DNA of 62,171 nt from Candidatus Micrarchaeota archaeon (GCA_028867145.1 JAGWGX010000003.1:1-62171); one strand, 5' to 3'. Shown: positions 1 to 8,600, numbered from the stretch's first letter. A program made the numbers and translations. The notes: generated by a model from the sequence alone, not told the origin.

Positions 1-373
1 GCACAGTGTGGAGTTTGCGCGCCTGCTGCACGCCGTAGCGCTAGGGCCCTTGTCTCAGTGCCCTTCTCGGGGCTCATACTCCCATATCCCCTACAGGTCA
101 AAGGTATGGTGGGCCATTACCCCGCCATCTGCCTGATCTGACGCAGTCTCATCGTAGGGTGGTAGCGCTGCAATTTGCGCACCTTTTGGCTAAAAATCGT
201 TCCAGATATATTAGCCTATGGCGCATTAGCCACAGTTTCCCGTGGTTATTCGCCTCCCTATGGTAGATTGACTACGCGTTACTGAGCCGTGTGCCGCCCA
301 CCGAGGCCGGTGAGCTGACTTGCATGGCTGTCGAAATCTGATAGCAGTTCCCTCCAGCAGCATCGACTGGAGT
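1..373 (-). rRNA. rrs: 16S rRNA gene, 5' portion (runs off the window start)
   Basis: Reverse strand reads ACTCCAGTCGATGCTGCTGGAGG...GCCATGCAAGTC...ACGGCTCAGTAAC...ACTGAGACAAGGGCCC...GCAGCAGGCGCGCAAAC, the conserved archaeal 16S landmarks in order. The 5' end is approximate. Confidence 0.97.
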
Positions 374-576
374 TATTGTTATTATTCGCAAATTATTGAA
401 ATTTGTAAAGCAATTGTTCTTCCTTACATCACTCAAGACTACATCCAATTGCAAAACGCAATTTTCACCGAGGTTAAAATTAACCCCCAAAGCGATTAGA
501 TACTCTCAACGTCAAAAATTCCATAAGGAATCCTGCCGAGAAAGAAATTCGCTGTAACATCTTTTTGGACAAATTA

Positions 577-584
577 ATATTTAA
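577..584 (-). promoter_or_regulatory. Candidate TATA box (TTTAAATA) for the rRNA transcript
   Basis: Archaeal TATA consensus about 200 nt upstream of the 16S 5' end on the same strand, in an ORF-free leader. Confidence 0.5.
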
Positions 585-620
585 ACCTTGCGACGCATCC
601 GAGGATAGAAAAACCATTGG

Positions 621-2030
621 CTATCCCACCTGGCAGGAGGCGTACTTTATTGTGACCGGGTAGCTGTTGGTCGATGCCCACGTACCAATTCCAGCAGACG
701 AGATTGATGCATAGTAAGTATTTGAAACTGGGCTGCCAGTATCCCCGCCAACGCAGAATTCATAGCCCCCGGAGATCGTGCATGTTGAGCTGCCTAGCGC
801 AAGCGGATAACTATTTGTGGTGCTCCATGCGCCTATTCCGCTGCCTGAAATTGGGGAGTAATAAAATGCGCTCTGCACTGCGCCAGCGCCGGTTAGGCCA
901 GTTCCGCAGTAGATGTATCCACCCGAGTTTGTGCATTTTTCTTGGTATAGCGATATGGGATAGCTTGTTGTGGTGCTCCATGCCCCAACGCCGCCAGATG
1001 AGACTGATGCATAATACGCATTTGTTACGCTCGCCCCTGTATTGCCTGCGGCGCAGTAAATGGTTCCGCTTCCAATCGTGCACGACTCCCCATAAAGTGA
1101 GATGGGGTAGGCCGTTGTTGAGGACCAAGATCCAACTCCGCCGCTCGACACTGGAGCGTAGTAGACACTATTGACAACCGCAGCGCCTGTATATCCGGCA
1201 CTGCAGTAAATGTATCCACCGGATATTGAGCATGTTGTAAGATAGATGGTTGTGGGATACACGTTAGTTGAGGTCCATGTTCCTACCCCTGGATTCAAAA
1301 GCGGAGCGTAATATACAACGTTCCTGCCGTTTGTGCCGTCATAGCCCCCGACGCAGTATAGATATCCTCCGGAAGTTGCACACGCTGCATCCGAAAGGGA
1401 TATTGGGTAGTTATTTGTCGACACCCATGTTCCTATTCCCCCTGCGGAAACGGGCGCGTAGTAGACTAAATTTGTCCTGCTGCCTCCGCCCATCTGTCCG
1501 CCCACGCAATAGACATACGTGTTGATTATTCCATTGCCCGCCGAACCTCCCAGTGCAGCGGCAGAGCTGCCCCCGGTTGAGATTTTCGATGTTACAACCG
1601 CAATTCGGTCAACAATACCTGACTGAGTTTGGGTATTATATGTGATCCAAATATACCCCTTGAACGGAGTGCCGATTGCATTTGAAGATAAAGGGCAGCT
1701 GAAAGCTAGGACTGAGGTTTGTCCAGAACCCAGTACCGCGTTTGCGCTTTGGGTTGAAGTTGGTGCTGTGACATTTGTCGTGCACGCTAGGTTCGTTACT
1801 GTTATAGTGCCAAGTCCTATTTGCCCAAACTTCACTGCAAGTGAGCCCGAAGTGTTTAACGTTGGATTTTGGCATAGAAACCCTGCAGACGCAAGGCACG
1901 AAGAGGATAGTGAGAGCCCGTTGCTGTTAAAAACTCCAAGCTGGTACAGCGCTCCAAGAACCACTGCTATAATCAAGATTGCCCATCCGTATGTCATCAG
2001 GTACTCCATTGCAGATTGAAGCCTTAGGAT
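621..2030 (-). CDS. Class III signal peptide (pilin-like) surface protein with a C-terminal Kelch-like six-bladed beta-propeller
   Basis: N-terminus (I/M)LRLQSAMEYLMTYGWAILIIAVV; six ~48-aa YxYCxxG...YYAxxxxxGxGxWxxTxxYP repeats. Start extended from ATG 2009 to ATC 2030 (see findings). Confidence 0.85.
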   Translation of the reverse strand: MLRLQSAMEYLMTYGWAILIIAVVLGALYQLGVFNSNGLSLSSSCLASAGFLCQNPTLNTSGSLAVKFGQIGLGTITVTNLACTTNVTAPTSTQSANAVLGSGQTSVLAFSCPLSSNAIGTPFKGYIWITYNTQTQSGIVDRIAVVTSKISTGGSSAAALGGSAGNGIINTYVYCVGGQMGGGSRTNLVYYAPVSAGGIGTWVSTNNYPISLSDAACATSGGYLYCVGGYDGTNGRNVVYYAPLLNPGVGTWTSTNVYPTTIYLTTCSISGGYIYCSAGYTGAAVVNSVYYAPVSSGGVGSWSSTTAYPISLYGESCTIGSGTIYCAAGNTGASVTNAYYASVSSGGVGAWSTTTSYPISLYQEKCTNSGGYIYCGTGLTGAGAVQSAFYYSPISGSGIGAWSTTNSYPLALGSSTCTISGGYEFCVGGDTGSPVSNTYYASISSAGIGTWASTNSYPVTIKYASCQVG

Positions 2031-2195
2031 TGCATCACCAACTAAGCACTATCCTTAACCGCCGCATATTCTTAAGGGTTGAGGCAAAAATCCACAACTT
2101 CAGTGTGGGCCAATATGGATTCAGGGTCGAGCGAGCCGTACGTTTGCCGTATGGCATAAAGCGGGCTAAATACTCTCATCGATAAATCAACGATT

Positions 2196-2447
2196 GTGGG
2201 TAGCGAGCTAAAGGAGAAGGGCAGCTTTACGCCTCAGCAGCTAAGCAAGTGGTTTGATCTCCAAAACAGGGCAAGGGAGGGCGACGGTCAGGCGCTTGTC
2301 GATTTTGAGAGGTGCTTCACCAAAGCCCAAAGGGAGGACCTTGCAAAGGGGCTCTCGTTTAATTCCGCGGAGGAGTACAGGTTGCACCTTGTAACGCTGC
2401 TCCAAAGCTCGGAGTATAGAAGATTGAAATCTGGTAGAGGAAAATGA
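2196..2447 (+). CDS. Small hypothetical protein (83 aa, helical)
   Basis: Fills the gap, normal composition, ATGA overlap with the next ORF; no family recognised. Confidence 0.55.
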   Translation: MGSELKEKGSFTPQQLSKWFDLQNRAREGDGQALVDFERCFTKAQREDLAKGLSFNSAEEYRLHLVTLLQSSEYRRLKSGRGK

Positions 2448-2695
2448 TAGTATACGTAGCAAGCTGCAGTGACAAAACACATGCACACGACGCAAAAATC
2501 GTATCCCTTATGAGAAGCATTCCCAATGTAGTAGACAGCTTTGAAAGCTATACAAGAATCGAGGATCAAAAATTCTGCATAGCTGCAATGGTGATACAGG
2601 ATGAGGCGATTGCATCCCGCACTCAAAGTATTATGAGATGGATGTTTCCCGTACTCAAGGAGATAAAGAGAATGGACAACCACCCTTTTTTCTAA
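2444..2695 (+). CDS. Small hypothetical protein (83 aa)
   Basis: ATGA-coupled to the previous ORF with AGAGG upstream; alternating beta/alpha pattern. Confidence 0.5.
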   Translation: MIVYVASCSDKTHAHDAKIVSLMRSIPNVVDSFESYTRIEDQKFCIAAMVIQDEAIASRTQSIMRWMFPVLKEIKRMDNHPFF

Positions 2696-2801
2696 ACTAG
2701 TTTATTAGCGGAAGAGTGAAACAGCCTCTAAACGCCAGGCCTCTTCGCAGTTTAAAAGGCTGCATATTCCAAAGGCGTATCCTTACCCTAAAGGTGACCC
2801 C

Positions 2802-3053
2802 ATGACCAAGTCCGCAACCAAACTGGGCCGAGACGATGCGGGCAGATGCAAGACCCTAATTCAACAGGCGGGCAACGGCAATATCGATGCTGCCATAACC
2901 CTTAGCACATTTTACAGCAAGAGCAAGCTCACAAGAGTGATAAACAAGAACATCACCAATCCCTCTTTGCGCAAGACTTTTGCCGAGATGATAATGTTCC
3001 AGGCGGCGCGCCGCAGGGACGAGATCCGCGAGAAGAACTCGTTAAGGGAATAA
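2802..3053 (+). CDS. Small basic hypothetical protein (83 aa)
   Basis: Strong SD AGGTGA 4 nt before the ATG; TTTAAAA box at 2751-2757. Confidence 0.7.
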   Translation: MTKSATKLGRDDAGRCKTLIQQAGNGNIDAAITLSTFYSKSKLTRVINKNITNPSLRKTFAEMIMFQAARRRDEIREKNSLRE

Positions 3054-3075
3054 TAAAAAATAGAAGACGCTCCCT

Positions 3076-3342
3076 TTATTTCTTAGGAATTGCAGCTGCG
3101 AGCTCCTTCATCTCCTTCTCGACTTCCTCGATTGCCTTGAGCACGTGCGCCTTCGCTCCCTTCGATGACTTTACCACAAGCCTTGGCCAGCCAAGCTCCG
3201 GGTGCTCCTTTGTCGCGCTCACGAACTCGATGTCCTTTACCTCAAGCAGCCTGCTCTTGATCAGCTCCGGAATAGCCCTGTCGTACCCCTCAAACTCAAT
3301 CACGAGGCTCTTAGGCTCATCCTCTATTATTTTGATCTTCAT
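3076..3342 (-). CDS. rpoL: RNA polymerase subunit Rpo11 (RpoL)
   Basis: MKIKIIED...LVIEFEG...EFVSATKEHP pattern and size; ATG at 3342. Confidence 0.85.
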   Translation of the reverse strand: MKIKIIEDEPKSLVIEFEGYDRAIPELIKSRLLEVKDIEFVSATKEHPELGWPRLVVKSSKGAKAHVLKAIEEVEKEMKELAAAIPKK

Positions 3343-3477
3343 AACAATCAACAAGTAGTAATACTGAGTTTGTAGGGCAACAAATATATATTTAATGCTC
3401 CAAGTTACTATCTACAGATTGTGGTTGTTTTATAACGACTCACTTTTATTTAACCTCAAAATAAGGAATGTGAATTT

Positions 3478-3897
3478 ATGGCAAACGTATTTGATGTGGA
3501 CGGATCCGCTCTCATAAAAAAGACGTCGGAGATGCTAAAGGACAAGGGAATGGCAAAGCCCGAGTACACCAGCTTTGTGAAGAGCGGCGCTGGAAAGGAG
3601 AGAGTGCCTGCAGACCCTGATTTCTACTTCGTTAGGGCAGCCTCGCTGCTCAGGCAGGTCTACATTAACGGGCCGGTAGGGATTGCAAGGATGAGGACAA
3701 GGTACGGGACAAGAAAGCTCCACACGATACACAGGCACCACCACTTCAGGAGCGGCGGAAGCGTGATCAAGGATGCATTTGACTCGCTAGAGAAGCTCAA
3801 CTATGTCAAGAAGACTCCAAAGGGAAGGGTAATCACCCCGACGGGCAAGTCGTTCCTTGACAAGATAAGCAATGAGATAATCAAGAGCGGTGTCTAA
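3478..3897 (+). CDS. rps19e: 30S ribosomal protein S19e
   Basis: FVKSGAGKERVP, RAASLLRQVY, GRVITPTGKSFLD motifs. Confidence 0.96.
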   Translation: MANVFDVDGSALIKKTSEMLKDKGMAKPEYTSFVKSGAGKERVPADPDFYFVRAASLLRQVYINGPVGIARMRTRYGTRKLHTIHRHHHFRSGGSVIKDAFDSLEKLNYVKKTPKGRVITPTGKSFLDKISNEIIKSGV

Positions 3898-4195
3898 AGT
3901 GAGCGCGGAAGAGGATGCTGCGAAAAGCGCAATGTCCAAGCGCCTTCAGGCACAGCAAATAGAGCAGCAGAAAAGGGAGATACTAAGGAGGTATCTAACG
4001 GACGGCGCGTTCGAGAGGATCGCGAACGTTCGAATGGCAAGCCCGGACATGTATGGCAGGTTCGTGGACCTTGTCGTCTCTCTGGTGCGGGCAAACAGGC
4101 TTCAGGGCAAGCTAAGTGAGGAGCAGCTAAAGGAGCTTCTCGCAAGGCTCGCCTCAACAAAGGAGGAACCGAAGATAGAGTTTCGGCACAAGTAA
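3890..4195 (+). CDS. PDCD5/TFAR19-family DNA-binding protein
   Basis: LRRYLTDGAFERIANVRMASP and KIEFRHK C-terminus; canonical position after S19e. True start may be GTG 3899. Confidence 0.9.
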   Translation: MSKVSAEEDAAKSAMSKRLQAQQIEQQKREILRRYLTDGAFERIANVRMASPDMYGRFVDLVVSLVRANRLQGKLSEEQLKELLARLASTKEEPKIEFRHK

Positions 4196-4204
4196 AGTGA
4201 TGAT

Positions 4205-4363
4205 ATGACAAAGAAAACAAGCACAAAGAAGCATTCATTGGGGCACTACCTAAAGCAGAACAGGAGGGTTCCGGTTCTGGCGATTTTAAGGACGCACAGG
4301 AAGGTCCAGCACAACGTGTTCCAGAGGGACTGGAGGCACAGAAAGCTTAGGGTTCCAAAGTAA
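4205..4363 (+). CDS. rpl39e: 50S ribosomal protein L39e (not in the ORF track)
   Basis: Read manually: MTKKTSTKKHSLGHYLKQNRRVPVLAILRTHRKVQHNVFQRDWRHRKLRVPK; KQNRRVP and RxWR motifs; canonical position. Confidence 0.95.
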   Translation: MTKKTSTKKHSLGHYLKQNRRVPVLAILRTHRKVQHNVFQRDWRHRKLRVPK

Positions 4364-4372
4364 GTGATTTCA

Positions 4373-4768
4373 ATGGCAGACACAATAGCAACAATAAGCC
4401 TCAGGAGCAGGCTGGTTAAAATCCACGAGTCAAGGAGGCTAAGGAAGGCGTTTGATTACCTAAGGGAGAGCGTCGGAAAGATGTCAAAGCTTGACGCAAG
4501 GAGCGTGAAGATCGACACGAAGCTTGGTGAGTACATGATGGTGAACCCATCAAGGAGGATGTCAAAGCTTGAGGTCAAGATCACAAAGGAGGCAAACGGC
4601 GCAAAGGTCTTCCTCGCAAAGCCACAGGCCGCAAGGAAGGTTTCAGAGTCTCTTGTAAAGCCGGCCGGAACAAAGAGCGAGAAGAAGGTGGAGGCAAAGG
4701 CCACAGCAAAGCCTGCGGCTCAAAAGAAGGAGAAGGCCGCAAAGCCAAAGACAGAGGAGGCAAAGTAA
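4373..4768 (+). CDS. rpl31e: 50S ribosomal protein L31e with a K/A/E-rich C-terminal tail
   Basis: TISLR...RRLRKAFDYLRE...VKIDTKL; lies between L39e and aIF6. Confidence 0.85.
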   Translation: MADTIATISLRSRLVKIHESRRLRKAFDYLRESVGKMSKLDARSVKIDTKLGEYMMVNPSRRMSKLEVKITKEANGAKVFLAKPQAARKVSESLVKPAGTKSEKKVEAKATAKPAAQKKEKAAKPKTEEAK

Positions 4769-4816
4769 CCTCAAATTATTAAATCTGGTTTTTCAATAAT
4801 ACTTAGGTTAGTGTAG

Positions 4817-5494
4817 ATGAGAGTCGCAAAGTTTGCAATTGATGGGAACAGCTTCGTTGGCGCATTTGGTATTGCCACTGACAAGTTCGCCATCCTTTGC
4901 AGCAACATAAGTGAAAAGAAGACTCAGATTGCGGAAGAGACGCTGCAGGTCAAGGTGTCCCACGCTTTAATTGACAACTCAAAGCTAATTGGAATCTATG
5001 CGGTCGCAAACTCCAACGGGATGCTGCTTCCATTCACATCCTATCAAAGCGAGGTGGATCACATCAAGAGGTCGCTAAAGGAGTTTAGCATAGACATCTT
5101 CAAGAGCGACATGAATGCGCTTAGAAACAACATTCTCGCAAACGACAGGGTCGCGATAATAAATCCGTACTACTCCCAAAAGGAGGAGAAGGAGATTGCG
5201 GACGTGCTTGGGGTCGAGACGATAAAAAGGGAGATTGCTGGCTTTAGCACGGTGGGCGCAAACAACATCGTCACAAACATTGGGCTTGTCCTAAACAACA
5301 GGGTCACGGATGACGAGAAGAAGGAGATAGAGGAGATCTTCAAGATAAAGGGGGAGCAGTCAACCGCAAATCTTGGTTCGCTAACACTTGGGCTTTCAAC
5401 AATCGCAAACTCAAAAGGTGTTCTTGTGGGCGAGGCGACAACAGGATTCGAGCTTGCAAGGATAACAAACGGACTGAACCTTCCCGAAGAGTAA
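4817..5494 (+). CDS. eif6: Translation initiation factor aIF6
   Basis: GNSFVG, ANSNGMLLP, ANSKGVLVG, TTGFELARI. Confidence 0.95.
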   Translation: MRVAKFAIDGNSFVGAFGIATDKFAILCSNISEKKTQIAEETLQVKVSHALIDNSKLIGIYAVANSNGMLLPFTSYQSEVDHIKRSLKEFSIDIFKSDMNALRNNILANDRVAIINPYYSQKEEKEIADVLGVETIKREIAGFSTVGANNIVTNIGLVLNNRVTDDEKKEIEEIFKIKGEQSTANLGSLTLGLSTIANSKGVLVGEATTGFELARITNGLNLPEE

Positions 5495-5866
5495 TTAAGC
5501 AATCCGCTTTTGTTTTGCCTCAATCTCTTTCATCTTTGCCTTGATAATTTTCTTTAGGAGAGAATCCGAGATAGGCTTTTCCAAGGTGAATCTAATTGTC
5601 CCCTTGGAGAGGCTAAACTTTTTGAGCTCCTTGCCAAACTTCTTAATTATGCTTGACCCGTAAGGGAAAAACGAACAGTGGTTCTTGAATGCCGCAAAAC
5701 CAACCAGCCACTCCCCTCGGTACTTGTACCCTGGCATCTGGTATCCAATCATCTCCTGCGCATCCGGCGCTAGCCGCATCACTATCTTCCCCATGTGCTT
5801 TAGCTTTGTCCTCTCCCTTTGGGGCACGCTCTTGAGGTACTTTTCAACGCTCTCGAATTTGCGCAT
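5495..5866 (-). CDS. DUF1801 (YdhG-like) protein
   Basis: IGYQMPGY, FAAFKNHCSFFP, SKGTIRF. Confidence 0.88.
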   Translation of the reverse strand: MRKFESVEKYLKSVPQRERTKLKHMGKIVMRLAPDAQEMIGYQMPGYKYRGEWLVGFAAFKNHCSFFPYGSSIIKKFGKELKKFSLSKGTIRFTLEKPISDSLLKKIIKAKMKEIEAKQKRIA

Positions 5867-5876
5867 TGTATCAAAC

Positions 5877-6770
5877 TCACTTGAGCTTCTTTTCTATTTG
5901 TAGCAGAAGGTCAAGTATGAAGCCGCTTATTATCGAGAGGATTCCGACAATTATCAGCATGAAGGCGATAAGCGTCCTTCCGATCAGGTTGAATACCCCT
6001 GTGGTCAAAAAGCTGTAGAGAACGTAGATCCCAATTATTCCGCCGATTAGGATCATCAGCACCCCGAAGCCGCCAAATATCAGTAGCGGGTTGTAGTCCC
6101 TTGCCATTCTCACAATATGCGACGCCACATTTACACCATACAATAGCTTTGACCTGGTCAGTTTTGACTCCCCAAACTCCCTTGGGTAGTAGTTTATGGG
6201 CACCTCGAGGATTTTATACTTTCGCTGCGCGAACTCGATCGCAAATGCTCCCGCGTTCCCTGCCCTGTATGGGACAGTGTCCCTCATCACATCAAACCTG
6301 CTCTTTCTTATCACAAATAGGCCCGTGAGAATATCGTGCACCCGCACCCCGTGTATTATGCTGTAAAATAGCGAGAGGCACCAGTTTCCAAACCGTATGT
6401 ACGGGCTCATTGCGCCAGGCGTGAGGCCTGCCATCCTGTTTCCAAGCACAAGGTCCGCCTTTCCTGTTTTCACAAGCTCTATCCCCTTCATTATCCCCTC
6501 AAGGTCATGAGTTCCATCAGCATCGGTGCTTCCAATTATCTCCCCATGAGCGGCCCTCACGCCCTGCATTATCGCATTCTCAACTCCCCTGTCCCTTTGC
6601 TGAAGCACCGTGACGCCGGTTGCCTTTAGCCTTCTGTAGTACTCCTCGCTGCTCTTGTCAACAACTATTATCTCAACGCCCCTTCCAAGCCTTTTTCGAA
6701 GCTCCTTTATCATCTCAAAGAGCGTGGGCTCCTCTATTGTGGGGATTACAATGCTTATCTTAGGAGCCAT
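5877..6770 (-). CDS. GT2 glycosyltransferase (Dol-P-sugar synthase-like) with two C-terminal TM helices
   Basis: ISIVIPT, DADGTH, DLVLGNR, EVPINYYPREFGESKL. Confidence 0.9.
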   Translation of the reverse strand: MAPKISIVIPTIEEPTLFEMIKELRKRLGRGVEIIVVDKSSEEYYRRLKATGVTVLQQRDRGVENAIMQGVRAAHGEIIGSTDADGTHDLEGIMKGIELVKTGKADLVLGNRMAGLTPGAMSPYIRFGNWCLSLFYSIIHGVRVHDILTGLFVIRKSRFDVMRDTVPYRAGNAGAFAIEFAQRKYKILEVPINYYPREFGESKLTRSKLLYGVNVASHIVRMARDYNPLLIFGGFGVLMILIGGIIGIYVLYSFLTTGVFNLIGRTLIAFMLIIVGILSIISGFILDLLLQIEKKLK

Positions 6771-6813
6771 TTTTATCACGAAGAATATCTGATAAAACCT
6801 TTATATATCCCGT

Positions 6814-7944
6814 TCACTTTCCTCTCTTTGCAATCTCCTCGTAGATCTTCGCGGCGCCCTCTACTGAAAATTCCCTTAGGACTTTTTCTGTATGCGAGCT
6901 CTTCTTGTAGAGAATTGAGTTCTTGCTTTTTACCAGCCTTTCAAGCTCGCCGCCTGCGCTCCTTGGGTTTATCGCATGGCAGTACTTTTTTATCTCCGCT
7001 GGGATCGAGGTGTCGTGCGTTATTATCACAGGCGTGCCCAGGGCGAGCGCCTCGATCGAGATGATCGACATTCCCTCCCTTTCGGAGAACATGAGCAGCG
7101 CCCTTGCGTTTCTAACCTCCATCATCAGCGCCTCCTCCTCCATTCCCTCGACGAAATGTATCCTCTCGGATGCGTCAAGCCTTCTTGCGAGCGCCTCAAG
7201 CCTTTGCCTCTCGGGTCCCGAGCCTATGACCGTGAGCCCAAGTTTTGTGGCGGCAACCGCAGTTATCGCCATCTCCACTCTCTTCTCCGGCACAAGCCTT
7301 CCAACCACGACAAAGTTGCCGCCCGCTTTCCTTGGGTGCCTTTTTGCAAAAGCAACCATCTCCCTCCTTGAGATTGCGGCGGGCAGGACGCGTATTTTCT
7401 TTTTCCTCATCCCGAAGACCTTTGCAAGCGCGTGCCTTGTCTGGGAGGTGTTTACTATGATATTAGAGCTAAGGCTCGCGCTCAGCTTCTCCATCGCATA
7501 GCCAAAGATCCCAAGCCCCTCAAGGTACTTGTACCAGTACTTCTTGTCCCAGACCTCGTGCCAGGTCACCACAAACTTTGCCCCGCTTATCTTTGCGTAG
7601 ATCGCGAGCCTTGGTATGTGCAGGAACGGGAAAGCATCGGCGTCAATTAGGTCAAACTTGTAGTCTGCTATCTCAAGCGGTAGGAGCGCCGCGTACTTGA
7701 GCGGCCATGCCATATTTCTCCTGCCCTCCTTGTACATCTCGCCAGCTGGAGTCGCATTTGCGACGCAGTGGTAGTTGACTCCTTTGTGCCTAAACCTCCT
7801 CCCTGGCATTCCCTCCCTAAACATCGTGAAGCAGTGGACCTCGTTTCCCGCCCTTGCAAGCTCCTGCATTATAAGGTACCTTCTCTTCTCTATCCCCCCA
7901 TTGAACCAGGGGTAGGCGGAGTCGTATGCAAAGCAGAACTTCAT
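6814..7944 (-). CDS. GT4 glycosyltransferase
   Basis: YPWFNGGIEKR, GRLVPEKRV, SEREGMSIISIEALALGTPVI. Confidence 0.92.
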   Translation of the reverse strand: MKFCFAYDSAYPWFNGGIEKRRYLIMQELARAGNEVHCFTMFREGMPGRRFRHKGVNYHCVANATPAGEMYKEGRRNMAWPLKYAALLPLEIADYKFDLIDADAFPFLHIPRLAIYAKISGAKFVVTWHEVWDKKYWYKYLEGLGIFGYAMEKLSASLSSNIIVNTSQTRHALAKVFGMRKKKIRVLPAAISRREMVAFAKRHPRKAGGNFVVVGRLVPEKRVEMAITAVAATKLGLTVIGSGPERQRLEALARRLDASERIHFVEGMEEEALMMEVRNARALLMFSEREGMSIISIEALALGTPVIITHDTSIPAEIKKYCHAINPRSAGGELERLVKSKNSILYKKSSHTEKVLREFSVEGAAKIYEEIAKRGK

Positions 7945-8112
7945 TGTATCACTTTTTACTTGCAGGCTGGGAATTTTAAAGCCTTACTCTCAAAAGGGTC
8001 GCCCCATCAAATGGTATATAAGCAAGCCTTCCGACTTCGTCATCCATCAAATTTTTTGGACGAAACAAACATATGTTTAAAAAGCTCCAATCGGATGATT
8101 ACTCGTGATATA

Positions 8113-8514
8113 ATGGCAAAAGATGGAAAGAATGCAGGAGTATCCGTACTCGTATTGGTCGGCAGCTTGCTCTACCTATATGTGGCGAACGCCGGAATGG
8201 GCGCTCTCGCATCAGCAGGGGGAGTATCAGCTACGTCCGTAATAGGGGCGCTTGCGGCACTGCTTTGGGCTGTGGCTCTAGTGACTTCGATAGGATTGCT
8301 GTTCGGCAGCCTGGGAAGCTTCATGTGGGGCTGGTATGAGGAGACAGTGAAGATGGCTATGAAGGGCGGCGAAGTCGGCGCGGTAGCACTTCTTGTGGTC
8401 TCAGTAGCCTGGGGCGGATCTGCGTGGGCAACATGGGCTGGCGTAGTCATTGTAGGATTCATCCTAAACTGGCTAGGAGTCGCCATGGCATGGGGCTCAA
8501 TGATGAAGAAGTAA
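8113..8514 (+). CDS. Small four-TM membrane protein, paralog 1
   Basis: GTGA SD before ATG 8113, TTTAAAA box upstream, four hydrophobic segments, followed by a terminator. Confidence 0.8.
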   Translation: MAKDGKNAGVSVLVLVGSLLYLYVANAGMGALASAGGVSATSVIGALAALLWAVALVTSIGLLFGSLGSFMWGWYEETVKMAMKGGEVGAVALLVVSVAWGGSAWATWAGVVIVGFILNWLGVAMAWGSMMKK

Positions 8515-8554
8515 GTTTCTTCGTTTAGCCAAATAACCTAAGCGCTAACGGCTC

Positions 8555-8600
8555 GAGGGGCATTTTGCCCCTTCATTTTATTTTTCTTTTCTGGTTCTCT
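8555..8600 (+). terminator. GC hairpin plus T-tract terminator
   Basis: GAGGGGCA-TTT-TGCCCCTT followed by CATTTTATTTTTCTTTT. Confidence 0.75.

Noticed and set aside
272-490. 72-aa ORF
   Set aside because: Overlaps the 16S rRNA 5' end and its leader; spurious.
621-1517. Periodic DNA similarity as a possible CRISPR array or DGR
   Set aside because: Explained by degenerate in-frame protein repeats. No CRISPR array, cas gene or reverse transcriptase was seen in the window.
7768-8112. N-terminal extension of the 248-aa ORF
   Set aside because: Overlaps the GT4 gene and the promoter; alignment with the paralog and the SD place the start at 8113.
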